Source of the DNA: Nymphaea colorata
Lineage: Eukaryota
NCBI RefSeq assembly: GCF_008831285.2
Contig: NC_045138.2
Location: 30,938,001-31,002,000, forward strand
Direction: 5' to 3'
Length of the DNA: 64,000 nt
The first letter of the stretch is position 1. Each line of letters opens with the position of its first letter. This document shows positions 13,667 to 28,142 of the stretch, one piece after another. Under the pieces are notes generated by a model that did no database searches, was not told the origin of the DNA, and saw only the letters and a list, made by a program, of their open reading frames with translations. A program made the translations under genes and the position numbers.

Positions 13667-16600
13667 TCACTCCCTGAAGTCATCCTTATCATCAGCTGGA
13701 ATTTGCCTGTTTCGCCAAAAGACAGCAAGTGCGCTTCCACCAAGCTGAAATAGAAGGCCAAAACCACCAACAAGGACATTTGTTACAAACAATTGACGAA
13801 ATGTGAAGTCTTTTAGAAATATTTGCTTTGGCGTTGGATCAGGAACATACGGCCATGCAGACAACACTAACAGCCGAAGGCACAGCAACAAGCGGATTGG
13901 TGAAGTGCTTTTGAGCAAGTAAAAAACCAAGTGCTGAGCTCTGATAAGGGCAACAAACAAGAGAAAAATTAAGGCACCAAAACCAACTAAACAATTGAAC
14001 ATTCAGGTAAACAATAAAAATAAAACACTTAACTTTTGCAAAAAGGAGCTTAGAAGAGAACCTGGAAATGATGAAGAGAAGTAATTTCATAGATGATAGA
14101 TATTTCTACTATAAGCTCCACGAAATATCCATTGCCAATAAAGACTAACAGATGAAACTGAGCTAGCTATACCTGATTTTAGCATCCATGATCCGATAAC
14201 ACTTTCCTAGTTTTCGTAATTAAACACTCGAATAGTAATTTTCCCAACTCTTTCTAGCTAGGCGCCAAATTCTCCTAATTTGTCAAAATTTGTCAGTTGA
14301 CCAAGCTTGACATTTCTTGATTACATCCATTTGTGAAATCCTTCAAGTTTGTCTAGTTTATGCCATGTGAAATTTCCGGGAAAAATGGGATACCTACTGA
14401 GAATGTGATACTCGCTGACCTCAGATGTAACATGCACTCTTGAATTGTGCACAGCCCCTGGTCGGACCAGTGTAGAGCTCATTTTCAATAAGATGTTGTA
14501 ATATCTGGAACTTCACAATCCTGAATTTCCATTTGCAACAATCATTGTTCTTTTAATCAATAATGAACCACTTTGAAGGATGCTTCTACTATTTCAAAAG
14601 ACAACTTAGTACTGGAGGTAAATATTTAATTGTGCATATCCACCTTATCATGAACGTAATATAAACACGTCTTATCTCTTCCCCACTTGCAATGGCATGT
14701 GACGTTGCAAAAAGTTATTTCTCAAGAGCCTAAGAAGATTACTCATTTAACTTCATGAATGTAATGAAAATAGTTCCGTGTTTGAAGAATTATTAACATT
14801 ACATTTTTGCAGAACGTAGCAATAGTGCAATACAACTAAAGAAATTGTTGTTTTCCTCATCTTTCAAGTTTCAACTGAACACAGGCTATTTTTCAGAAAA
14901 AATAGTATATGTCCTGGTACTCTGGTAGCGTGTGACAAAACACCATGCCAGTAGGAGCCTTAATAAGTCATCTGATTTTCTCTTCAACTATCTATATAAT
15001 TTTGTTTCATGCACAATTCTGAACACAAAAACTGGGGACAAGGGGGATGAGAAAAAAATCAAGAGAAAGCCGAAAGTACTGCAGCAGATCAGAATGTGAA
15101 TGGTGAAAGAAAGGGCTTCAAAAAGGTGCTGCTTAGCAAAGTTTTTAAATCAATGGATAAGTTAAAAAAAACAACACAATGATAGAGGCAAAAAACACAT
15201 AATTACCTGCATCCCGCACTCAATAGAAATCGTTCGGCATGTAGATTCACCAAAAGATGAAAATTTTGAAAGCCAATAACCAAGGCCAAAGGCAGCAACA
15301 TGCAGAAGGGCTACAGGAAGTATCAACTGTCCACCTTGAGCCTTCAAAACTTCTGAAACTTGACCAATCTTTGGACAAGAAAATATTATCATAAGCAAGA
15401 GTAGCAGCAAATGCTTGGAAAATTGGAGATGAACAAATTGTTCATCTTGTTCATAAAAGGTCTCCTAAAAAATAGGATAAGTTACCATCAGCATTTGTCT
15501 ACTTACAGGGCTAGCGCAAAGCAGGGTTGTCAAAATAACCCCTATTAATGGTGTCACCGTGATTATACGCTCCGTAAACTTTGGAAAATATTCATGTGAC
15601 AACACTGAGAAAGAACATATTAGCAAGCAGGTTTTTATAACAACAGACAGATGTCTGTCTTGCATAACATTTATGGACATCCGTAAACCTTTTTATACCT
15701 CCAACAATAGTAGGCACAAGAACAACTTGAAATGTGCTAATTGCAAGGCCCTGCATGTCAAAAGAACAGATTAAAGACAAACATGAGACTGATAGCACAA
15801 GATGTCCATTCATGTACAGCTTAGCATAGTATAACAAGGGGATTCATACAATCAGATGTCTATAAACAATATTTTGGCTTGACACTACTGTTTGACCCCA
15901 TCCCTCTTATCATTGGTCAAAGTCACAGCAAAAAATAGAGAGAGAGGGCATTCAATTTGTCAGTTCGATTTTTTTTTAACATGAATCCTATCATCTGCCA
16001 CATAAGATGAAACATATGATATAGCCTTAACAAAATAAAATATTTATTGATATCACTAAGTCACAAAGAACAATAGGAGTATCTATAAAATCCATAACTG
16101 GAAATAAATTCTCAAGTCCATAAGAAGATTCCAAACCAAGCATGTCCATTCATGTACAGCTCAGCAATAATATTTATAAAGGGATTGATTCAATTAGATG
16201 ACCACAAGCAATATTGTGGCCTTGACAGTCGACACTGCTGGTCGTCCCCATCCTTGGTATCACTGGGCAAAGCCGCAGCAAGGAGGGGAGAGAGAGAGAG
16301 AGAGAGACAGCATTCAATTTGTCAGTTTGATTTTTTTTTTAACATGAATCCTGTTATCAGCCACATAACATGAAACGTATGAAATATCCCCAACAAAATA
16401 AAATATTTATTGATATGAAAGTCACGAAGCAAAATAGAAGTATTTATAAAAATTCTCAAGAGCATAGCTCCATCAAGGGTTAGGAGAAGTACTTTTGCAA
16501 AACCTGGTCATGCAACTATGGAATTTTTTACCAATAAACACATAATGTCCTTATATTCTAAAATTTACAAATGTAACATTAACATATATCATTGTGGCAC

Positions 16601-19600
16601 AGTGTTGAATGTGGGTATCCACATTCACAATCACAGCAGCTAGCTTGTCCAATGAAAGCATTTTTTGTAGAAATCATCACAGGTTTAAAGCTTAAATCAG
16701 ATAATAAGACACCACATGTAAGGAATCTGCAACGCTTAAGTATGCACATCTTACAGCTGCATCAACAGGAACAAGCTGTCCAGCAAGAAGTTTTGTCAGC
16801 AGAGGGGTCATAATGATAGCACCAATTGTTGAGCAACTGCAAAATATAGAAAGTAAAAAATTTGTCCAAGCATGATCAACAAGCACTGTCAAAGATTAAC
16901 CATTAAGAAGTCAGAAACGCCAAAATTCTTTCCAAGACAATGATAATCAATTTTTTTGGCTACCTTCAATAAGAAGATAATAAATAAGAATAACAATTTA
17001 ACAGCCCCTAAATGATTTCACCATGTGGATCATGGATTCATGGGGTTCTGAAGTACAGTTTTCTGGACCAAGATCAATGGAGTGCTGGAATCTTCACAAT
17101 TATGTTAACTATAATTTTTATTTCTTACAAAATGAAGCCAAAGAACTTAACAGAAACCATGAAAATGCAAAATATGGTCTAGGAAGGCAAAGAATGCAAA
17201 ACCTGTCAGCCACATGGTTACAGTTTCACATCCTAAGTTATCCAATTTTTGACACAAGCATAGTCTGACAGTCATTCCAATGTTTCCCTCATCCCCAATG
17301 TAAATAAACTCATCAAAACAACTGCCACATCTCCTTTTCTGTATGTCAAATTTCATGGAAGGGAATCTTGAATTCTTGATTAGATGCATAAATCACAACC
17401 CAAAACTGAAATTATGCCTCCTCATTGCCATTGTTCTTCCCAATAAAGAAATTGCATTATGATGTAAGTTGTAAACAGACATAAATCAGAAGTTTGGGTC
17501 GTTCCAATTCTAGTCTTCTTTAGCATTTTATATGTAACAAATCCTTCTTAACTTTGTGAAAGAAGCTAACTTCTACTCCTATGTTTTTGTTGAATTTGCA
17601 AGGATCACCCATTACCTTACAGTACATCCAATAAAAGAGCTCGCCACTACTTTAAGCCAATCTGGGCTCATTGTTTGGGTATAACTCCAGTCATGACTCC
17701 CTAAATCTCAATATCATCACATTGATTGCATTAGCTTGATGGAGAAAGCTGATTTAACCAAAATATTCTCCAATATAATGAACAACACACTTTAACTTTT
17801 ACCATACAGCTTCACCGGATTCAGCTCAAAAATGACAGCATAAGATGGCTGCCAGTATCATAATTGAGTAAAGAAAAGGAATACAAGAAAGCAGCAAATT
17901 ATGCCTGAGTGTATCTTCATTTGTTGTAAACTTGTAATCTTACTTCTAGGATCTCCAAATGCATCCATGCATCATTCATATTTTCAAATTTACAATCACA
18001 ATCACCCAAACAGAAACATGAAGCCAACATAAAGATTAATAGGTGAACATGACAAGCTATTTGTATTAAATATTTAAAGTGGTGCTCCACAAAAGTGAAC
18101 TACAAAGCAAGAATGGCAACATAGAAAACAGAGGTTACACTTACGTTGTCATCAGAACTGAAAGTGCAACATTTCCTTTCGATATATAGGTGGCTACATT
18201 TGACGCTTGTCCTCCAGGACAGCAGGAGACCAGAATTAGACCAGTTGCAAGAGGAGCAGATAGCTTCAAAGACTATTGAATCAAGTAAATCAGATATACA
18301 GGTGTGAAGATTAATATTCACTAAACTAAAATCTGACATTGTTCATCTATGCATATAATGCATGCTCTGCAATGGCAGTTTACGGTACAATTATATGGAA
18401 AATAGGTATATAAAGAATCATTATTACATCAAAAAATTAAACATTGCCATGAGTACAATACCTGCTTCCACCAAGCCTATGCACTATGAAAACATGAAAC
18501 ATATGGAGCAGGAAGAAAACTTGATTCTCTTTTTTTGGGGTTTGGGAGCTTGAAGACATAGAGATGCCTCATGCCCCTACTAACTGTGAATGGAGAAAAT
18601 CAAACAGCTGATCTGTTTGCTAAACCTGAGATTAGCTTTTGAAGACCAAACAAATACATGATCCTAAACACCAAATGCAGGCTCAAGCAATAAATGTAGG
18701 TGAATACATGCCCATAACTTCATAAAACTAGTGTAGGGAGCACAATCACAAATATCACTCTCACGAATTTCCCAAGAGGGTTTGTCTCGGTACTTTTACA
18801 CAAACTTGGGATTTTTTTATCCCAGATAAGATCCATTTATGATCATGAGATCCTTTCCTATCATATAGGAAGAACTGTTACAAAATATCCTCTGAAGTAG
18901 TTGCTTGGTAGATCCTATTAAGATGAAGATAAGGAAGGGGCTTAGATAATAACATACCATGGCAATCAGAAAGCCCAATAAAGGCTTCACCAAGTATTGC
19001 GCGAGGAATCCTACACCAACCTGCACAAATGAGTCAAGTTATTCTGTAAAAAGTAAGAACATTCAGTAAATTGGGGGAAAGGGATTGTGGTGGTGGGATG
19101 GTGTGCATGAGAAAGGATATACAGCCACAGCTCATTTTAAGGGCTTGGCTAACCCAGCTTGATTATAACTGAGTTCATTTTCAGAGCATGATCATGTCAT
19201 GGCATGGTCAAGATCCAACAAGCTAAAAGCATATTTTGATACTTAATACCAGTTCACGTGGAAAAATCAGCATGATGACAACTAGTCCACATTTAGAGCA
19301 TGGTCCAGTCATGTCATCATCAAGTAACAACATGCTAAAGCATATCTTATTATACTGGTTGAACAATTAAGTAAAACACAGTTTTCCCAAAGTCAGTGCC
19401 ATATTCATTGCATGGCCATTGCACCAGTGTGGCTTGTCCTAGGATGGACAAACCCAACTATTGACTTGGACCTCACTGGAGAAAATCTTGACCAATCAGA
19501 ATTCACCTAGTTTTAAACAGGATCAGCCATTTGCAGTTATAACCAAGCTAGTTCAGTGTGTCAGAAGTCCCAAACTGTTCCACCACACCTTTTGTTTTAA

Positions 19601-22600
19601 ATATTTCTCTTACTGCATATGAATAGGTTTTAAATCCTACCGTCCATGGATTCCGCATACATCGTCTGAAGTCCTCAAATGTCAATGTCAACCCCATAGA
19701 TAGCATGAGAAAACCTAACCCAAGAGTGAAAAGATCAGTTTCTAGCCATGTCACCTGCAAGTCAATGAAATCATTTCCCAAGTCAACCAACCTGAAACTT
19801 CAAAATATTTCTTCAATTCCAGCCAGTAAATTAATAGCATTTCATAATCAAATACTTAAAACAGTAGTCAGAGAAATGGAAGAACAAGGTTACCGCAGAT
19901 GGCTTGTATATGCCAATAATAGTTCCCAAAATAACCTGTAAATCATACAATAGTAAAAATTTTAAGTATATGACTTAATTATCATAAATGGAAAATGCAG
20001 ATCACAGAAAATGAACTCACCCATAGAGGAAATAAAGTTGTCAGTAACTCAATTATCCTCTCATACTGGCTCATCCCATCTGTGCTGCTTCTCGGGATAT
20101 CTCCAGAAACATTGGCTTCTGCTTGGCACAGAACTTGTTGACTCCTGAGAATCAGTAAGTAAGAATTGCTCTGTCAAAGATAGCTTGCTTATCCAATAAT
20201 AACTGAAGAACTCAAGTATTGCCTCAGAAGATAAAAGGCCGATAGTTTAACTTTCTTTTGTTCATGTGACTGTCCAGGACTGGCCACAGGGACTACCAAT
20301 TTGACCTTTATAGTGCTTTAATAATATCAGAATATTGCCATCTGAGGTTAACATATTAAAAGTTACATCAGTTGTTCTGTATTAAAGCTTACAGTTGAAC
20401 AGATTCTGCCATGCACAAGCTTTGAGAAATGACACCACTAGATGGCCCAGCCTCAGAAGCTGGACCATGATATCTAGAAATATGCACTCCTAACATGGCA
20501 CCTACATTTATTGGGCATCTCTTTCAGATTTCGCCATATGGACGCCATGTTCAAGAACCAAGGAGTTATGGACCAGATTCATAAAGCTTCAAAATAACAG
20601 CATTTTTTCAGCATATAAAAATTGATATGTACATAACTTTTGTATAATATGTTGCTTCCTAGGTTAAAAGAAAAACATATGAATACATCATAGTTGCAAA
20701 AAGCAACAAACAGGGTGCAAAACAGAATCCAGAAACAATGATTGCAAACTTTTAGAGGATTAGACACAATAAGATAAGAACAATCCAGGAATCATTTACT
20801 GACACATTGGTACTTAGCATCTGTACTGTTTCAGCATGACATGCACATAAATAAACATCATGAACATAAGCAAACTTCTACTGACTCAGTCAACATTATC
20901 TGACTAACTACATCTTTGTCTTATGTCTTAACTTGTCCATTTCATGCATAATGTTGTCACTTTTCAGTTTTCACTAATTTTGTTACCAATTAGTATAGGA
21001 ATAGCAGTTATGAAATGCTAACTAAGAATTTGGACCTTGAATATCATCATGCCTTATCATAACAAGAGTGGTTAGCTGAATGCTAGAAGCAGTCCATTGC
21101 CTATTTATTTTCAGAGGCATAAACATCACATTGAATCATCTTTTGCAGGAAGAAATTGAAATATGTCAACTGATCTCTCCAAACGAGTGGATGCTGTGCT
21201 CACCAAGTATACGTAGAGCCTGCACTTCTCTATTTGATTTCCAATTCATTTGGTCAACCCACTGGAAACTATTATGTTATCACCATTTCCTAGATCAATC
21301 TATCTCACACCATACAACTCATGGAGCAGCTTTCGCAACAAGGCATTTCTTGAAGTTCTTTCCAAGATGTGTTTTTTCTTAGGAAATCTTGAAAATGTGT
21401 TTCAGATTTAGAACTTTAAAAAGTAACAAAGAATAATAAGATAAAATATGAGATGGTATATTTCTGAATTTTTTTTGACAAGGATGTTAAAAGTAATCTC
21501 TCTAAAACAACAAGGAACAAAAAAAACAAAAAAAAAAAATCACATACTCAAAAATATAAGAAAGGGAAGATTTCTTATATATTTTGAAGAATATAAAGAA
21601 TATCTTAACATGATCTTATGCCAATTTGTTTTTCAATAATATTTGATAACCATGTGATATTGTGATGATATTATCAACTTAGCTTCAATATGATGATAAT
21701 ATTGCAATGTTTCCAAAATATCAGTGGTATTGTTGACTATGACTCAACAAAAGCCTATTGTACTCAAACCTCACAAGTGCTTCTTAAATCATGGAGTGGA
21801 AGAAACTTTTTGAAGAGAAAATATTTTCATGAAGGCATCTTCATTAAAGAAATTAAATAAGCACTCCCGCTGTTCAACCTATTAACCTTTATTTTGTTCA
21901 TAAGATTCATCTACAGCTTATTTCCAACTCTGACATTTTCTTAAACATTACACTGACAGTTTAACAAGAGCATCGGACAATGTCTATTCAAGATCACTTA
22001 ATCCTTGACAACATTCAACAAATTTAATCACCTGTCCATCATGCGCCATTTTAATCTAACAGCGCAAAACCTCAGATTGTCATTGATTGCTAAACATGAA
22101 CCAGAACTGCTTAACAGGGACCGCCTTGTGGAGGACCATCCCCAGCACTATAAGAAAAATTAATAAACGTCCAAACCTTCAAAATACCTGGGATAAATTC
22201 ATAAGTCTGTCAGGTCTCTGAACAAAATGGTTAACAAGACTCATCCCGAAAGTTTCCAAAACTCTTTTTACATTGGTTTGTTAACTGTGTTTTTCCTTGC
22301 AATCAAATCAATACAAATAACAAACATGCAAGTCTATGAAAAACAGTTTTGCACAGTGGTTTGGCCACAAATGAAACAGTGGAAAACTACATTGCACCTT
22401 CTAAGGGAGTGAAGAATGCAACGCAAAGCATTGTTAAGAATCTCTTATATTCTTCTAAAAACTCAGCACAGCATTTTTCTTTGGTTGAAACTTACTTTCC
22501 CCACCTAAAATAAGAAACACACACAGGCACATACACACACACTCCAACCCCCATAAGCTTTAAAATATACCAGTTATTGTAGGCCTGTAAATTTCCATTT

Positions 22601-23857
22601 ATATACAAGACAACGTGAAGAATATTTCCTTGTATTCAGCATTCTCTTGTCATACAAAAAAGTGAAATCATCTTTCACTAATACTCAACATAGCATTCAG
22701 AAAGACGTTAAGCAAATCTGAGGTTAATTCGGTTCAATAAGAGCCTACCGGTCTTCATAATATGATCCAATAATGATAAGCCAAAACCTATGGAATATTT
22801 GTAGATGTACTAATTTGGTATCAGCCAAGCCAGACGAGCTCATGGGAAATGATTAGCAGCATAAGCCTGCAACAACAATCCACCAGGTCATGCTTGCACC
22901 AACTTAGCATCCGTTCATCCTTTTCTTGCTACATTGGGGCTTATCCGTAGATTAAAATGCTTCCAACGTCATGCTTGGTTAGCACAATTTCTTTTCAGCA
23001 GAAAAGATTCTTCAAGAATAACAAATCAAGAAATACTGATTGAAATGTGTACTGAAGCTATTATTGCAAAGTAGTAAGATCAACTAAGGTGACTGTTTAA
23101 TTCCTGGCTGTCCATCTCGGTTAAATTGAATCTTTGCAAGATACAATTTAGATATATAACACTTATCCGTCCATGAGTGGCTTCTTATTTGCTAGTAGGA
23201 AGACAATATCCTCACAAATCTGGTTAGTTTTGCTGGATTCACCCTATAATCCTGAAGTTAGTGCTCATACAAAACTTCGTCGCCACGCTGTACTGATTTT
23301 CTCAGGGACTGTTTGGCAGTGCACTTTACATGCCTAAACATTATCTCAGAAGTAAGCGTCCAAGTTCGGGAATATTTATTTTTCAAGCTTCTATAGAGCA
23401 CTGATCTAGTAAAATTGAGAGGTTACAAACACCAGACCACAAGTTTATCAGAAAACCACAGAAAGAGTCAATTGCAACGAAGACCCTATACTTCAAACTA
23501 GAGAAGTGAAGAATAAATAAAGTGATTTCACGATACCTGGATCTGTGAAGCAGCAAGGATGGAGTGCCTTTACCGAGATGTGCACCCCATCCATTGTTGT
23601 CAGCATCAACACGTTTCAGATTAGCAGATATACGGAGCCCACTTCTTGTACCTGTTTTCATTATCTCTGCTCAAACATGGGGACCATGAAAAAGACCAAC
23701 CTGAATCCATAAATGAAGTGCAGCACATACCAACGTAAAATGGGCTTCGTCTTAGAGACAGACCAGAGTGTTTATGTGCAGAGACACCAAAAGCTGATCC
23801 ACAGCCTTCCTTGTGGACCAATCTGGAGATGGACGCCATTGAAGAAGCAGAAGACAT
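13667..23857 (-). CDS. BASS2: Chloroplast sodium/pyruvate cotransporter, bile acid:sodium symporter family, 13 exons
   Basis: Exons (minus) 23857-23731, 23666-23537, 20144-20021, 19935-19894, 19754-19641, 19020-18958, 18272-18145, 16836-16755, 15750-15699, 15604-15507, 15368-15207, 13940-13851, 13744-13667, all GT-AG and in frame. Ser-rich transit-peptide-like start. Motifs [71 protein letters not shown] and C-terminal [11 protein letters not shown]. Confidence 0.95.
15802..16460. repeat. Tandem duplication of about 330 bp in a BASS2 intron
   Basis: 15802-16130 and 16142-16460 are colinear (atgtccattcatgtacagct.agca, cattcaatttgtcagtt.gattttttt.aacatgaatcct, aacaaaataaaatatttattgatat). Confidence 0.85.
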
Positions 23858-26237
23858 GGCGTCCCCAGCTGTGAAAAGAAGAAGGGGGTGGATGATTCAG
23901 AGGTACACGGAGGAATATACACTACAGCACAGGAATAGATGGGGAGAGTGTAAGAGTGATCGAGAGTAGAAGCAGAGAAAATGGCCACTTGGGGAGCGGG
24001 GTAGAAGGAAGGAAAGGAAGGATCCAAATAGTTTCGGCCGTTCCGGTCGTCAAGAACAATGCGATAAAGGGGTGGGACCGGATTGGGTGGTTGTAGCCAC
24101 ACGCTGCAGGGGCATCCCCATCAACACAGACTGTGCGTGCTGCCTTCTCGCTTCTTCTCCCTCTCACACTCTCTATGCAGTGGAGTTCTTTCATTGCCCT
24201 TTTGCTTCTTGGGACACATCAATGAAAGGCTGAACTTAGAAAAGGTCCACATTCAGGTACAACCATTTCTCAAAACTGTCCGTCTTGAGAGAATCTAGGC
24301 CACAGGATATACTCCAATAATTTCAGTTTTACTAGGTCTTTCAGCAACAAAATTATATATATACCACCTTTTTAAAAAAAAAATATTAACAGTAAAATAA
24401 TTTTAAATTGATTTGAAAATAGGAAAAACCATGGAGGAGGTCCAAGCAGCCTACCCACGAATATGCGATGTTTGAACAAAGACTGAAACTCACGATTTGC
24501 TTCACGAATTCTTGGAGCGAGGCAAAGACAGGGACATGAATCTCCAAATTCCCACCAACCATACAAACGGCAACCATTCATCTCATGTTCTACAAACGTG
24601 ACGCGATTTTGAACATTAGATTGTCGTGATGTATTTTATCACTCAAGCAATTAAAATGCATTGCAGAGTTCATGCCAAGAGATTATTAAAATGAGGGAAA
24701 TAATTAAACTTGGGAAGGTACTTTTTGAACTTCTTCAACTTCAGGTCTTATCCCCGGCCGGCTGAGCAGATAATGCAAGTGTTTTAAGCTAATTTATGTT
24801 TAGAATTTGGAAGGAACCCACAGCCTTTCTTACATGCATGTCTCACTGTCTTTATGAAGTACAAAACACTTTTTTTTTTATTCATTTTGGATGTCATGTT
24901 TCCAATGTGAGCTTGCAAGCATAAAATGTTAAAATCATGAACATTTCAAATTTAAGGGATTCGATGTGTGAGAGGGTTTTGTTGTTTTGCAGGATTGCTT
25001 TTCAATCTTACTTCCAAGATATATATATATTTATCCCAACACCCTCCCTAACTTCTCCCACAAAAACATTTAAAAAAAAAAACAATTTATATATGAAATT
25101 TCTTTTTTTTTTTCATTTCTATATATTTTCATAACAGGACCATGTTCCCTAAATAAATTTTCGGCCCCATTTGCATCGGTGCCATGAATGGCAGTAGGCA
25201 TGTGACAAGAAAAGGACATGGCCTCTTTAATCTGCAAGTTGCTCAGTCTGCTCTCCTAGTTTTATTAATTAGAGCGGGAGTGTTGGGATGACCGCTTTTT
25301 AACCTTTTCTTTTAACCACTAAAAGGGATAATCCCTTTATATACCCTTTTTAATTCCTTTTACCCCTGCACTTTATCTCCGTTCCTAACTTCTTGGTAGG
25401 CCAAAAAGAAAAAAGCTGTCAGTAAAAAACAAAATCCAGTTTCTTCATTAAGATCTTAAGATTTGTAAAGAAAATCTCTCTCTCTCTCTCTCTTATATAT
25501 ATATATATATATCCAGAGCAGTACGATCAAAAGTTTCACCCAGAAATACATATAACACATCCTCAAAATGACAATTTGAATGAAGCTGGTAAACTTATGA
25601 CTTCCATTTATTATGTATTTTGTTGAATATGGAGATAGAGAGAGAGAGAGAAGAAGAAATCAGCAAAAATCAACTTTGACATGCATTTAAATGACCACAA
25701 TATGGGTGTAATTCTTTCATCGAGCATATCTAAATCAGATTACAGACCAAATCTGCTGTAATCTTACCATAACTATGCCACTGCAGCTGGCCGCAGTATG
25801 AGACGGTGCTTGATACTTACTGCAGTATGAGATTTTGCTCAAAACGAGTCTTAGAGTGATTATTTGTAAGGAAGTACTTCCAAGACGCTGTACCCACTAT
25901 TACCTAATTCTTCTCCCACTAAAACCTAGGTATATTTTTCCAGTATAATTTGTCTTTTGATTCCATTTGATCAGTTCAACTACATTTCCACGGCAAAATA
26001 TGTCATGTCATAACCTACTGGTTGCGCGCTTACTTTTATCGATCCAAATACTAGAAGTCATTAGTCAAACCAAACATGAGTTCAACGTGTATATGCAAAC
26101 ATCTTCGGTTTGTGCCGGCGAATATATTGTCTCTTTTCAGATGGTGTGTAGGTGGTGAAGTTGGCCAATGGTCAGCAAACAAGACACATGGAGCTTGCCT
26201 ATTTTCCTTTTCAAAGGCAATTTAGTTACTTTTCAAA

Positions 26238-26283
<46 letters not shown>

Positions 26284-26422
26284 CAGATGGCCGCTTAACT
26301 TTAGGAGAATTTACAAAAGACGACCCAAACTTACTCATTTCACAAATGAGGGCCTAACTTTTGATTGAAATTCTCAAATAAGACGTCTTCATTCACTACC
26401 GTGACTGTAACTGAGGTTAATG

Positions 26423-26750
26423 ACGGGCTATGAAGCGTTTGTTGCAAAAGTTTTTCCTCAAATGCAAATAAAGTTGATGCCGAAACTAGGAACTGTTCCA
26501 TGAGTCTTACTAAACCCCTTAAGAACGGTTTAGCAATGGGTGCAGTGTCCTATGTATCTCTGTTCTAAATATTGAGTTATAGTGTTAGATTCAATTACGG
26601 GCTATGATGCAAAAGTTTTTTCTCAAAATGCAAATAAAGTTGATGCCGAAACTAGGAACTGTCCCATGAGTCTTATTAAACTCCTTCAAAACAGTTTGGC
26701 AATGGATACAGTGTGGTATGAATCTGTTCTGAATATCGAGTTATAGTGTT
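26423..26750. repeat. Tandem duplication of about 160 bp
   Basis: 26423-26586 and 26597-26750 share acgggctatga, aaatgcaaataaagttgatgccgaaactaggaactgt and gagttatagtgtt. Confidence 0.85.
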
Positions 26751-26966
26751 TCATGAATCTATAAAATTGAGGCAGATCTATATAAAACATCATTTAAAAC
26801 TAGACCTTTGGGATTGAGGATCCAAAAGTCCCCATGGATTAACCCAACTAACACAATCCAATGGAACACTTTTTTGGAGAAAAAAGAAAGAATCGGGTAT
26901 GGATCTAAACAAGTTAGATCTCAAAATCTTATATGATGATGTTAATGAGATTGGAATTCAAACATT

Positions 26967-27010
<44 letters not shown>

Positions 27011-27307
27011 TTTTGATACTAACTATAAGTTGAAGTGTCGTGTGAGAGTGGCACCGAATGCGGGCCTCGTTTCGGCCTTTAGTCCCTCCCTCTCTCGAAT
27101 TTAGATATCACATCATTGAGCTTGTAATGAAACTTGACATAACCACTTGACATAACCAGTCCCCCAACAGAACGGTGTTGATGTAAAATCTTATTTACAG
27201 TATAAACTTGAATAAGCCTATGAATAATTATTGTATGATATGGGGAGATTGTGGCCGTTGATGCAGGATCTCGATCAGATCCAGACCGTTGGACGTCATA
27301 GATACTT

Positions 27308-28085
27308 TTAGAGTGAGAAACAGGATCCTCCTCTCATTGAGCCTCCCAGGCTTGGAGCCGACTGCTCGATGATGCCAACTTCGTAGTTCCTTCTGTTCCA
27401 AGGCCTCGGCAGATTTTCCGGCACCACCGTCTCCAAAGAATTTGGGCTCCACTGCGGACACCTCCTTGCATCGCTCCATCTCACGCTTCTCCCTCGCTGC
27501 GCCGCCGCCACCACCACTTCCTCTGCTCTGGCGCCGTCCGCCGTCGCGGCTGCCGAAAGTTTTACTTCACCGCCGCCGAGGAAGCCGGCGCCAACTCCGA
27601 TGATGATGCACGTTAGCTTGGGAGCAACTTGCTTGTTCCAGGAAGACTCTTCTGTTATTCTGAAGAAAGCACAGATAAGAGTATAAGCAGCTGCTTCTTC
27701 ATAAACCGGAAGCTACTGGTCTTTTATTACAGATGGCGAACAGGGGAAACCTATGCTCTCTTCAAGTTACTTTGAATCACCGCCGCCATGTTTTAAAAAG
27801 TTTGGAGATGCATCAGATGGTGCCACGAAAAAACCAGAATTTCTCAAACGAATCTCACAGATCACAAGGAACTTTAGTCCTTCTATCGCTAACAGGAACC
27901 CAGTTAGCATTAGATTCTGGCTTGGAAGTGAGATCCAAGGATGAGAAACAGGGAGAAAGAAAAGAAACATACCTCAGACTGTTGGATCTCTGTGGGGAAG
28001 TTGGAGTCAAAGAGTTCTTGATTTCAGGGCCATATTTTGAGATTGCATTGGTGGAAACGGAAAGATTGGAGATGGGGAGGGCCAT
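27308..28085 (-). CDS. CV: CHLOROPLAST VESICULATION homologue, 2 exons, 154 aa
   Basis: Exons 28085-27973 and 27659-27308 (GT-AG, 465 nt in total). Ser/Thr-rich transit-peptide-like N-terminus, hydrophobic segment LTCIIIGVGAGFLGGG, and the conserved CV C-terminus RWSDARRCPQWSPNSLETVVPENLPRP...GGSCFSL. Confidence 0.88.
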
Positions 28086-28135
28086 TTCTGGTTGATTAAT
28101 AATTGTTGGTTGCTGTCTTCCTTGCGCTGCAACAG

Positions 28136-28142
28136 TTTTATA
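28136..28142 (-). promoter_or_regulatory. Putative TATA box of CV
   Basis: TATAAAA on the minus strand about 50 nt upstream of the CV ATG, preceded by a CT repeat. Confidence 0.45.
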